From positions 210,706 through 274,705 of the forward strand of contig DF237000.1 of assembly GCA_000708835.1 (NCBI GenBank): 64,000 nt of DNA, in the 5' to 3' direction. The notes beneath the pieces are model-generated. The model saw only the letters and a list, made by a program, of their open reading frames with translations, did no database searches and was not told the DNA's origin. The first letter of the stretch is position 1. Each line of letters starts with the position of its first letter. Positions 50,801 to 62,099 of the stretch are shown here, piece by piece. Both the position numbers and the translations under genes were made by a program. The DNA comes from Klebsormidium nitens (Eukaryota > Plantae > Klebsormidiophyceae).

Positions 50801-53800
50801 CTCGTTTCTTCACCAGCCTCCCTTTCACCCTCCACCTTACTCTCTACAGGGCCTTCCGCAGCACTCCTCTGCTCGCTCACCGCTTTCGAATCAGTATCAA
50901 GCCTCTGACTGCCCCCGTCCGTCTCGGATTCCAACCCCTTACCGGCCCCGTTGATCGCATTTTGCAGCTCAAGAACTAGAGCGGACCATTCGGGCCGCGC
51001 CAAACGCAATTTCAACCCCGCCAATTCCTCCCTCTGCACCGCAGGAACTCTTCTCCGCGGCGAATCCGACAGGCGCGGCTCGAGCGCGTCGAATGCAAAC
51101 CCCAAACCTCTCTCCTCTTCCTTGCCTTGAGGTGCCACGTCAGCCCCCGCGTCCGGTTCCGTCTCACTGGGCATCCCCTTCTTTACCAAGGAACCAGCAG
51201 CTAGCGCGCTTTTCTCTCCTTTCCCAACCGCCGCTTCTACCCCGGTTTCTTCTCGTATGAACAAGCCTCCTTGGATGGCTTGGACAATCTCGTTGCTTCG
51301 CCGATGCTGAGAGTCCATTCTCAAAATTCGCCTGACGAGTTTTTCGCACCCAACCTCGTCGCCAATCGCCAGAAGGACCTCCGTCAGCTTCTCCAAGCAA
51401 CCCCAGTGCTTCGGGCTGCAGGGAGAAAACAAAGTTCGACATTTTTCGATATTCCCAAGGAGCTTCCGTTCCGATTGGGAACCTTGGCTTTCGGGAAAGC
51501 CGTGAGTGGCACTCTCAATACTGGACCGTGCACCTCTTACTAACGTCATCTCGTAAGATTTTGCGGCAAACATCGATATTTCTACTTTAGGTTCAGGACA
51601 AAATCGGCTACAGGAAGCAGAGTAGTCGGAACGTATCGCCCTGATGCGGACAGAGGACGTGAAGGGTTTCGTACTCCTGCCCTGAGCTCTGCCGAACCTC
51701 AAGACACACCACGAGAGTAGCTGGAATAAACATCTGTCTGCAGACGTAAGTCGTCGAATGACAGAGAAACACTCACACAGACTTATAAAGGCATTGAGCG
51801 CCAGATTCAGCTGCTTACAGTGCTAGATTGCGCAGTCACACTGCTCCAGTCCCCCTCTACCCAGAACAATCCAAAAAAACTTTCAACTAATATCCTCACC
51901 TGCATTTCAGACCCTGCTCGAAGCTTTTGCGCGCCACATCCAGCCGCCCCACGGCGCTCGCTAGCGCGCCCGCCCGATGCCATACGACCACGTCCTTATC
52001 GTCGATTGCTGCGGCCTGGAAATAGCAGCGCAGACCCTCGAGCTTGTCGGCACGGGAGGGCGAGGCGGCGTGCAGGCCGGCCAGGTTTTTGAGGGAGAGG
52101 AAGCGCAGCTGGAGCAGTGTGTTGGACTCAAGCGGGGCGTGGGCCTGAAGATTACGAGCCGTAAAAAGGTTGCTCTTCGGTTCTTGTAACTCATAGCTGG
52201 CGCAGTGTTTTAATGTCCAGGGGGGGCGTGGGCATGGGAAAAAACGAGCCGAAGATGATCTCAGCATACGTCAGGATTCAGGAGAACTTGCAGAATGTTT
52301 GCTCTTCAACTCTTGTAACCTGGAAGCAGAGAACGAGCGGTGTGAATTCTCCAAAGGAAAGTGGCCCTGGAAAAACGAGGCGAAGATGATGATAGCCTAC
52401 GCCAGGATTGGGGCTAAAGTGCTGGAAATGTTTGCTCATTTGATTTTGTAATCTGAAAGCGGAGCTGGAGCAGTGTGCTTCTCTCCAGAGGGGCGTGGGC
52501 CTGACAAGGACGAGCCGAAGATAATTTCAGCATACGTCAGGATTAAGCTACAGTGCAGACTGTTTGCTCTTCGGTGCTTGTAATCTGGAGCAGTGTGCTG
52601 CTCTGCGGGGGGCGTAAGCCTGAAAATGACAAGCCGAAGATGATCTCAGCATACGTCAAGATTAAGGCACAGTGCAGAATGTCTTCTCTTCGGTTCTTGT
52701 AGTATGGAAGCGTAGGTGGCCCGGTGTGCTTCTCTCCTGTGGCCTGTGGGTCTTGAGAAGACGGACCGAGCGACAAGCATATGTCATGATGCCGCGCAGA
52801 AAAAGCTTTGGTGAATGGTTGCTATTAGATTCTTTCGCAAGGGCAGCTGGAGTAGTGTGTTGCACGCCAGGGAGCGTCCGCCTGACTGAAGGAACACAAG
52901 GATCAAAGAGGTTTACCGTTTATGTCAGGCATAAGGTATCAAAAAGAGACGCGGCGATCAAATGGTCGCAATGCCTGCGAAAGGAGAGGGGAGCGGCAAC
53001 AGTATCAGTCAATATGCTCCAAACACGCAACATGAGAACTTCATGAAGTCGTTCATTTTTCGCGGAAAGGCTCCTGCGTTTCTATTGGAAGTATAAAAGA
53101 ATTCTCCGATGTCAAACGGACTTGGATGCTGGATCTGCAGAGCTTGAACGATTATTTGAAGAAGGCAAGTATCAGCAGCGGTGAAGAGACGGATATGCAC
53201 TATGGAGCCATCTCACCTCCCCCTGTGCATACAGCCTGTCCCGCAGAATTGCTTCAAAAAGTGGTCGCGCCTCGTTCTTCTGGCCCTTTTGCATGTGCAC
53301 AAGCGCATCTTGGTACATCTGCGCCAGGCGAAACTCCTGCAAACCAGTAATCATTTTTAAGTTCCGTTTGTTCTTTTTGTTCAGGGGGCTTGTTTGAAAA
53401 CAATCACAGTACAATAAAGAAAACACGGTAGTTAATCCTCGAGATTCCAGGTAGTATGATAAAGCGCTCTGAAAAGACACATATCCTAAAGGAACATCAT
53501 TTGATCTCCTCAGTCTCTAGCTTGTAGCTTTGATCAAGGAAGGGGCAATCAGAACTCATCAACTTTTGTATATTATCAGCGTCCTGTGAGAGCAGCGTGT
53601 TTGACAAGCTTGAAAGCGTCCACCGCCAACGTGGACGAGCAACCTGGTTCCAAATCGACATTCCTGCTAATTGCTGAGCAAACATCCTAGCGCTTTGAAC
53701 AGGCAGTAAGATGGCATCTACATGAAACAAAGCAAGACCAACAAATAAAATTTTTCTCACCTGAGCCTCCTTGGTAGGTCCCAGCTGCTGCTGGGGTGTC

Positions 53801-54558
53801 TGGCCTTGTTCATCGTTAATGGATGCAATGGAAAACTGCAAACAGGACACTGATTCTTGTTATGCACTAAACAGCTAGTTCTTTGAGGGAAGGTCATCAA
53901 GAGCAATCCTGTCCGACTGGACACAAAGAGGAATGGGAACTTCATAAGGACAGAAGATACAATAGAAACAAGGTGAGCAGTGTATCAATGAAGAACACCT
54001 GGAAATGATCATAAATGACTCGTCTATATGAGTAATATGCGCTTTTAACAAGTTCCCAATATGACGCTGAAGTCACCACACAGTAAGGATGCTTTGTTGA
54101 TTACTCTCAGCGCAACACTGTGTCCAAAACTGACGGCAGTGGGCGAAGCGCCATTGGCTTCATCTCAATGCACCACCTTCAGGCTGCTCATTTTATGTCA
54201 ATCAAAGCGTTGAATGACCACACAGGCCTCTTATTAGGCGATCAAGGAAAGCGTGAAATCCTAATTGGTTGTATTTCTCAACAGATCGCTGTGCACTGAT
54301 ACATCCTAGCTGAATAGAGTTAGAAACAAACAAAGACCAGCAGAATTGATACTGATCGAGCCGGCAGCTCGGGTCACACCTTTGATACATGAAAAGGCAA
54401 TTGCTAGCAAGGAAAAGCAACTGGCCATATGGCAGCAGCTTCAGTCAGTGTTGCATATCAGCAATGCATGAAAACCAGGACAAGCACTTTGTTCCAGCAG
54501 CCAAAACTGATGCCTACAGAAACTGCGCAGCATTTGGAAGAAAAGGACAGCTCACCAT
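38838..54558 (-). CDS. CABIN1: Calcineurin-binding protein 1 / CABIN1 (HIRA histone-chaperone complex TPR subunit), ~2,950 aa model
   Basis: Exons 54558-54556 (ATG, tentative), 53835-53761, 53336-53217, 52144-51900, 51415-48121, 47618-46572, 45963-45136, 44747-44592, 43811-43654, 43201-42062, 41547-41367, 40741-40488, 40188-38838 are phase-consistent. Motifs FSIASIND...PTKEAQEFRLAQMYQDAL, LRFLSLKNLA, WGCLEKLTEVLLAIGDEV, YKYDLCYHPQRLASWERLA, LYDVIQDVVPLSDQR, PVYRLHASRAKLL and ESARKFATCVRKY match Arabidopsis At4g32820/CABIN1. The 48121/47618 junction and the final exon are uncertain. Confidence 0.92.
41213..41292 (-). repeat. Decayed copy of the 3' end plus donor of CABIN1 exon 41547-41367
   Basis: Plus strand TCTCACCTTCTTGTAGGTGCGC...CCCAGTCTGACGTCAGCCGCACAGCC versus the real TCTCACCTTCTTGTCGGTGCGC...CCCAGTCTGACGTCAGCTCGCACAGCC. 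Confidence 0.85.
44400..44592 (-). repeat. Donor-site echoes after CABIN1 exon 44747-44592: three 21-nt tandem donors plus a ~70-nt exon-end copy
   Basis: Donor GT pairs at 44591, 44570 and 44549 are spaced 21 nt apart (AAAG/AAAA|GTRAGCTT). 44405-44470 repeats CCGGAAGGCGTGCCGGCAAGCCAG...GGCGCTTGCCCCGAC...GACAAAAAG|GTGAGCTT. Confidence 0.9.
52150..52760 (-). repeat. 4-5 degenerate ~120-135 bp copies of acceptor plus start of CABIN1 exon 52144-51900
   Basis: GAGCCGAAGATGATCTCAGCATACGTCAGGATT-like blocks at ~52246, 52378, 52513, 52634. Copies TGTCAG|GCCCACGCCCCTCTGGAG...CACACTGCTCCAGCT (52500) and TTTCAG|GCTTACGCCCC (52619) mirror the real TTCAG|GCCCACGCCCCGCTTGAG...CACACTGCTCCAGCT. Confidence 0.88.
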
Positions 54559-56303
54559 CGTGGCAAATTGCTCTTCTCGTCTTTGAATGGAAGAACGTGC
54601 AGCTGCTCAAAACCTTGTGGAACTCGCAGCCACTGCAGACCCAGCCCAGCGCATTGAAGCAGGGTTGTCAGACCCCATGGCCGGGGACGCCACAAGGACG
54701 AATACAGCACGCAATCGTCCACGTTGACATCAAAAGTCTGAACTGAAATGCCTTTCTAGCCAGGAGAAACAAGCAGCTCGAACGCACTTCAGATGTCTCT
54801 CTCTGTCTCCCTGCACGGCGCACCAGCAATTGCTGGCATTGATCAGCATCATTGAGCTGAGAACCTTAAAGTCAGACTCAGAAAGCGAGAGCCTCAGTGA
54901 GGGAAAGAAGACCCGGATGTCCAGTATGTACAGAGTGGGACACTGGGAGGCCCGTGCCAGTGGCCCGCGTGCGACGGTTGTTCAAAATTTGGGGGCGCCA
55001 TCGAGGACCGGTAGAAAACCGGTTTGCCTGAAACGGTGCCGACATAGGAATCATCCCCTGAAGCTGACTGTCACCGTCCGTCCGATCTCACCTCGATCAA
55101 GAAGACCGTCGGGTAACGGTAGCAGTGGTTCAGAATGCCGCTGTCTAGTTGTCTGTCTTTGGGCTTGCGCACAGAATGCGAGCACGCTAGCCGAGCTGAG
55201 CAGCAGCACGGTGCATGAGCAGTTTCTGACAACGCCTGGCATTGGAACCCATACGCAGCGTCCCAGAGCGCCCCATGTGACATCAGGCTTAGCTGCGAAC
55301 CAGCGTCGCTGCTCCTGCCTGGGTGGTTCGCGCAATGTGCCTTAATTCTCCTCTGAAAGCACAAGTCTTGTCCTGTAGGAACAAGGGCCCCGGCACGGCA
55401 AAGTCTTGCATTGCTGCGCACTCCGTTGGCTGCTGATACAGAGATCTCTGCATTATCAAAGGCATCAATCTCTTTAGGTACTGTGAAATCATCTGTTCCA
55501 GCTCAATTGCACTGGGCTTCAAACATCATGGCACAGTCCATTGTGAGTGTGCCGCTGCATCGAGTAGTGACGTCGGCACCAGACTGCAGCTGTCTTGACA
55601 TTGACGCAAAAGCCAAAAGGGATCCAGCGCCTCGATCTTCATCACGGTGTCTGCAATTGCCTGTGGGGAGAGCGCATGCTATGCAAGGCAACTCAAGAAC
55701 ACCAGGTGATCACTTCATCCTTGAATTTGTTTCTGGAAAGTTGAACATGTACAGCAAAGCTTAGCCAGTGTAATCCGCATCTATTGCAGCTCTCATGACG
55801 CAGCTGAATTTGGCTTGCAAGATTTTCAGCTGCCACTGAATACATCTAGTATGACGCGACATAAGCGGCCTTGAGAAAGTTTCCTGCAACCACACACCTC
55901 AGTTGTGGTTGTTCCATGTCACACGCGTGTCTGGGGTGACCCTTGGGTACTGTTCGCACCGGGACCCTCTTACAGCAAGAGCGGTGTATTGCCATTTTGA
56001 TGTCATTGAAGTTTCCCAATAACGTTCTTCTTTTCATTGAGAATTCTGGACTGGCGCCTCTGCCGATCAGTCTACACTGACACTACTATTTGTAACATCT
56101 CCAACTGCAGCTACTGATTGAAAGGTTCATTGTGAAAGATGTTGAAAGACTCAGGCAACCACTGATTGGACGAATGCCTCTCGATCGAAATTTCCAGAAG
56201 CCCAGACCGCCCGGAGTTGGATCTACGATAGACTTTCTGCGCTCAATCCCAACAAAATCTGATGAAGGAGATCTAAAACCTGCAGTTACTCAATGTTTGG
56301 AGT

Positions 56304-59300
56304 ATGATGGCCTCTCACATCTCCAAGAGTGTGTATTCTGCAGCAAGAAGCAGCCAGCCTCTCCTCCACCCCTCCATTCAAGAGTCCACTTTCTTTCCAA
56401 GGCTGGGCTCCATAGACAGGAGTCCAGCTTATCTACCTTCGGTACAGTCACACAGGGGGCGCCAATCCATAAGAGCCCAAAGCGCAGAGCAAGCTGCAGT
56501 CCCCCAGCCTGCTCCGCCAGCCAAAAGTTTTCATGTGAGTTCCTTGTATGTTTAAGCCTCTGGCAAGTCCACTTTGTTTCCCAAAGATCTGGAGCTTTGA
56601 GCTCGGGACTTGTGCAAACACATAATCAGGTGTGGCTCTCAGTCTGGGCTTGTGTCAATCCAGGCTGGTTGAATATCTGGCAACTAGACTTGGTTTCCTT
56701 GAGCTTTCTGAAAGGCTGATAGAACTCTCAACACAAAACGTCAAGCCCTAAAATATTGGAAAGCCTTCTGGAGGCAAGAAACATATGAACAGAACGCAAA
56801 TGTCATCTGAACAATTTCGAGATGCTGATTCGCCTCTTTCCCTTCTCTCCAGTGGACAGATATCACCAGGAATGCCAGTCAATACATGCCTCAAGCCATT
56901 GTGATAAGCACGGCCCTGGGGCTGTTCTACCCACCCTCCTTTACGTGGTTCACAAACAAGTAAGCTGGACATTCGCACCATTGTTTTCCTTCAAGGTCAG
57001 CTTATGAGGATGCGGTCTGTGCGCACCGGCGGTCGTCTGACCGTCTAGGAGAAAAGGCCAGCTAGAGCCACGCAGACTAAAAACGGTTCAGAAGATACCA
57101 TGAGTCGAACACTCGTTTCTGACATATTCTCATCCATACTCCATCCAAAAATACTCCGTTTGGTTTTGCATTTTTCTAGCTTTTAAAGCTTCGGCCATGG
57201 CAGATAGAAGATCAGCTACTTCCTACTCGCTGACAGAAGCCGTGATTGCCTGTCATGAATCATCATTGATTGTCCCCCTATGGCAAGCAGAGAGTCGCTC
57301 CCTGCACGTGATTGCTCTCTTCGTGTGACTTCTTCACCTTCTGTTTTCCAGCCACTTTTTTCTTCGGCAAAGGCAGATTGTCGCTGGGTGGGACATAAAC
57401 TGGGAGTTTACGGTATAAAGAGCAGAATGAGGCAGGAAGTTTGTATCGTTCAGTTGCCTTGCTTGCTCAATCCAGGTACTACCCCTCCGCTCTGGGCTTC
57501 CTAATGTTCGCCGTCGGCATCAACCTCTCCCTCGACGACTTCAAGCACGCGTTCCAGCGGCCGGCCGTCCTGGCCCTGGGCTACTTTGGGCAGTTCGTGC
57601 TGAAGCCGCTCTTTGGCTACGCGCTCGCGCACTCGCTCGTACCGCTGCTCGGACTCCCGGACGCAATCGGTGAGTGACTCCTTTAGACCGCCGAAGCGTC
57701 AGCGGAATATTGGTTCTGGTCGGAGTATCGAAGAAGGTCGCCTGGTGGGTTGCCGCACACCATTGGCGAGGGAAACGTAGGTGCAGGAAGTGTGCTTTGA
57801 GAAGTTTTAGCTTCTTCAGGACGCGGAGTTTGAAATCGAGTATGCATATGAATGGGCGGTCAAAGGTGTAGCAAGTTGCCCATCATTGTCGTGCTTCGGT
57901 TTATTGATTCAAGCATGACCTTTCCATATTGACTTCCGTTGATCTCGGGCAACCGTCGCAACAAACAAGGAACTGAAAGGAGCAACACGACCGAAAAAGT
58001 CGTCTGACATCCCAGCACTGACTTTTAGAATGCGTCTTCAAAAGATATGGCCGAAAAGAAGTCGAAACGCCTCAGTCTCTTGTATCCTTGACAAAGCCGT
58101 CCTCGTGTTCTATTGGCCGTCATCTTAACCCCAAGCGCTCCTTGCAGCATCCTCGTCTCTCGCGTAAGCCTCATGCAGCATTCCAACTACGCGTTCATCC
58201 TGGTGAAAAACGAAGGTTATCAGTCATCTTTACCGCTCTTCCAACCGTCACCACGTGCTTATAACAAGAGTCTTGCACCGCTGCTAATGGCTGTTAACCC
58301 CTCTTCCTCGCAGGTTCGGGCCTCATCCTCGTTGCCTGCGTGAGCGGCGCGCAGCTCTCCAACTACGCCTCCTTTTTAGTGGACAAGCAAATGGCGCCGC
58401 TTAGTATCGTCATGACCGCCCTCTCAACCGCCAGCGCAGCCTTGATTACCCCGACGCTAACCCACGCTATGCTCGGGCAGCGGTTACCGGTGGACGTGAA
58501 AGGGATGATGATTAGTATACTGCAGTGTGTGGTCGCGCCTGTGGCCGCCGGCCTGGCTCTGAACAGGTGAGTACGGAACTTGGAGATTGACATGGAAACG
58601 AAGGTTCGCCGTGCTTTCGAGTAGGCAAAAATGGTCGGAAAGGAAGAGTGTTCCAAAGGATGTCAAAATGAAAAGTAGGAGCGGCATTTGTACGGCGTAC
58701 GTTGAGGATTTGGGCAGCGAGAGTCGACGGTGTCTTCTGATGAAAAATGTCCCGGTTCTTTTCTGTGATCAGCGGTTCTCCCGGTGTCAGGATCTAGGGC
58801 TTTGACGTGCTCCCGACGTTGTTGACATCACTCTTGACTTCGTCCGTACACTCTGGTGTTTCCTTCGTCAACTGATATGCCCGCCAGGGTGCACGCGCAT
58901 TGCCAGTATTGTGCGGACGCCCTGTCAAAGCCAGCAAACATGCAGATATAAAATCAGAAGCATTTTCAGCCAGACCAAGACGGGAAACAACGAGAATAAA
59001 CACAAGTCCTATCGCAAATCCTCCTTACATCGCCAAGCTCCCCAGACTGACGAGCTAGAGCGGCAATCTCGTTTACTGTCCGGAAGCTCTGAGTGACGGT
59101 CATTTCGCTACTTTTACCTTCCTCAGATTCGCCCGTTCTGTCACCTCTGCGATCCGCCCCGTCCTCCCACTCCTCTCGTTGCTCGACACGTGTTGCTGCA
59201 TTGGCAGCCCGCTCGCGCTCAACGCCGGCGCGCTCCGGTCGCCGTTTGGGCTTGTCATTCTTCTTCCCGTCCTAGCTTTTCACACGGTGGCCTTTATTGG

Positions 59301-60554
59301 CGGGTACTATTCCGCCGTCGGCGCGTTTCCGCGGATAGAGGACCGGCGGAACGTCGCCCGAACCATGTCCTTTGAAGTCGGTAAGTCTAGCTGGCGGACT
59401 GTCACTGAACTCCGGCGCAGTTGCGTCTTTGAAATGGGCCGGGGTTTTTTAAGTATACCGACTGGATTACGAAGCCACAAGCTCTGAAAAACGTTGTGAC
59501 GTCAGCCATCAAAAGTTCTGCAACAGCTGAACTCTACAAGAGGGGCGGTTAACCTTTTCCTTTCTGGTAGGAAGTCCCTGGTCGACGTCAAGTGACAAAG
59601 TCCAGGCTCACCAGCAAACCTTGCCAAAGCCGTGGTTTTGTGATGACTGCTTTCCTAGTTTCCAGTTGTCCTAGCAAAACGATTCTCTCTAGGACAGCGT
59701 AGGGAGTATCAGCTTCTTGAGTGACGGGAATAGCGGTATCGAGAGGCGTCTGCTTGTTCATCTTGGGCGGCTGATCAACGATTTTTCCGCACAGCAATTA
59801 GCAGTTGTGCAGCTTTTGACTACATTGTTAGTGTCAAGCTGATACCGGGTTCCACCCGTGCTGACGTCAACTGGGCCGCGTGAGCTGCTCCCGCCTTAGA
59901 TACGTGTGAGGAGAGTACGAATCTGTTAATCGTGCGAGACGACGTCAGCAGACTTTGCAAGGCCAAGCAGAGCATGCCTCGAAAGGGTGACTTCAGCAGA
60001 GACCTCAGCAAGGACCGCCTTTGAATTTGATTGTTGCAGCTGCGAGACCGATTTAATAAGTCCTTCGCATTTTTCATCCCAGGCATGCAGAGTAGTCTCC
60101 TCGCTTTGGCGTTGGCCAACCGGTTCTTCCCGAACCCCCTCGTCGCACTGCCGTGCGCCATCTCGGTAAGCGGTCGCCGATCTCGGGCTTTCGAATCACC
60201 GAGTTGCTCATTAAAAAGGCCGAAAACTCCCATCACATACCTTACGAGCAAAGTGTCACAGAGGGCGTTATGGCTTTGCATGTTACCTCTGGTAGAGAGA
60301 CGGTTTTTCGTATCTCGGTCTTGGAAGCGAAGAATCCGACACAGACCGAGTGTTCAGACAAAAACCGTCTGTAAGTGAGTTCGGAAGGGACGTTTCATCG
60401 ACCTTATGGCCGGTCTGAGACTCACTCTGGGTCTCTTTGCGCAACACGCGTTGACACTGTCTTTGTACGTACTCAGGTGATTGCGATGTCTTTGATGGGA
60501 TTCGGACTGGTGGTTGTGTGGACACATCCCCGAAAGCACACCAACTCGCACTGA
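56304..60554 (+). CDS. BASS6: Plastid bile acid:sodium symporter-family transporter, BASS5/BASS6 (BAT5) clade (~399 aa)
   Basis: Exons 56304-56534 (transit-peptide-like), 56853-56959, 57476-57669, 58314-58566, 59127-59380, 60083-60165, 60477-60554 are phase-consistent (1200 nt). Motifs YPPSFTWF, ALGFLMFAVGIN, GLILVACVSGAQLSNY, LSIVMT, LPVDVKGM, CCIGSPLALN, RTMSFEVGMQSSLLALALA, AISVIAMSLMG are diagnostic of BASS5/6. Confidence 0.93.
58110..58220 (+). repeat. Decayed copy of acceptor plus start of BASS exon 4
   Basis: TTAACCCC...CCTTGCAG CATCCTCGTCTCTCGCGTAAGC...GCAGCATTCCAACTACGC versus the real TTAACCCC...CCTCGCAG...CATCCTCGTTGCCTGCGTGAGC...GCAGCTCTCCAACTACGC. Confidence 0.78.
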
Positions 60555-62099
60555 AGTACCGCGCTAGAGGCACATACTCTTCTTGATGTTTAGAGCCGCT
60601 GTTTCGAAAAGTAGTGAAGCCAGTGACCTGATGAGTTTGGATTGCTTCAAAAGTGGAACAGGTCGAACTAGGTCACGGTCTGAAGTTAATCAAGAAAACA
60701 AGGCACACTTCAGGCAAAGAATTCAGATGATCCTATAGAACGGTCCGATACCAAGGCAGCTGGGCACAAAATACAGGCCTTCTGATCGGAGATAGTGTAA
60801 ATAACAGTGCAATTACTGAGCTAATGTATCGGATTATGGGTAACAAACATATGGTTATAACTGCTTGCCTCCAAAAGCGCTTGAGAGGTAATGGCTTAAG
60901 GCATGCGACTTTCAGTTTTAATGACGCAGTATTTTGATATTCCAACGGCGGGTAACAAGCAGTTTGAACGCACCGAACGCGAATAGACGGGGCCGCCGCG
61001 CGCTCCAGAGTTGACTCAGCCGCAAAACTGCCGGGTGCCAGCCTAGTGCTTCGTAGGCGGCCTGGCCCGCGCGCACTACGCTGCCAGCTAATGTGCTGAT
61101 CACCAATTATTTCGGTACGCATGCCGATATGAGCTTCGATCGCGATGTACAGTGTGAATTTAGCTAGTGTTGCCGATTGATGTTCAGTCACATTACCTGG
61201 CGCATTGGCTGGCATATTGCTACCGTCGATATGCAATTCTATGGTACCTTTTGAGGTTTGATGCTGTCGGAAATCGAGTCCCATGCCGACGTTCGCAGCG
61301 ACTGATCGAGCTATACTGCGCATGATCATGGCCAGTTGTTGGCTAGATTTTCTCGCGTTCCGACATGAACCACATGCAGATTCTTGACTCAAGCTCATCA
61401 TGGCATCTGGAAGATCAACGATCGTGTGCGGCCCGCTTTTGATATGTACCATATCGAGTCATTCCGGATGAACTTGAATCATTCAGTCCGACATGGTTCA
61501 TTGTAAAGATATTACAGGCTCATGCCACTGAGATGCAACTATAGCTGGCATGCGTATACGATGAAATTCAAGTTGACTGCGCGTAATCAATTGCACAGCT
61601 CAGCTGCGGCCACGGCTGGCCGGCCGTCAGTGTAGAGCTACTGATTGCCGCCCGCGTAGCTAGTATAGAGGGGTGTCAGCCATGTGCCAGGCGGCGGCGA
61701 GCAGCATACCGCTAGCCAGGGAGAAGCATGGCACTGACTGACAATTGACCCTGGCTTGGGCATCAGCTTGTCGTACTGATCGTGAGTAGTCGGGTGTGAC
61801 CTACACGGACATTGCAAGGAGCGTTGGGCGCATCATGGCATGCCAGGCAGGGACGGTCAGGAAATTAAATCAAGTCATCATTATGGATGGCGGCAAAACT
61901 TCTACATAGCTATTATCCGACAAAGACTTCCATCTGTAGGTGGCAGCCGCAAACATGAAAGGGGACCATTGCGTGTAGCGGATTGACCCCTGCATAACGT
62001 TTTTGACGCGTGCCCTAGGGGCCGTCTATTTGACTTCACATGTCTTGATTGCTATTCTTCGAACTCCATTCAACTAGTTAAAACCGCATACTCTTCTAA

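Noticed and set aside
47800-51702. 1300-aa ORF as a stand-alone gene
   Set aside because: It is the large internal CABIN1 exon (51415-48121) read through its flanking introns.
54830-55764. ORFs between CABIN1 and BASS
   Set aside because: No domain or consistent splice path; treated as a divergent promoter/UTR region.
56132-56719. 195-aa ORF as the BASS N-terminus
   Set aside because: Phase is incompatible with the 56535 donor; the overlapping 56304 frame gives a transit peptide and splices correctly.
60733-61452. 239-aa minus-strand ORF
   Set aside because: No recognisable motifs, no coding-like composition, and it lies in an intergenic CATG-rich block.
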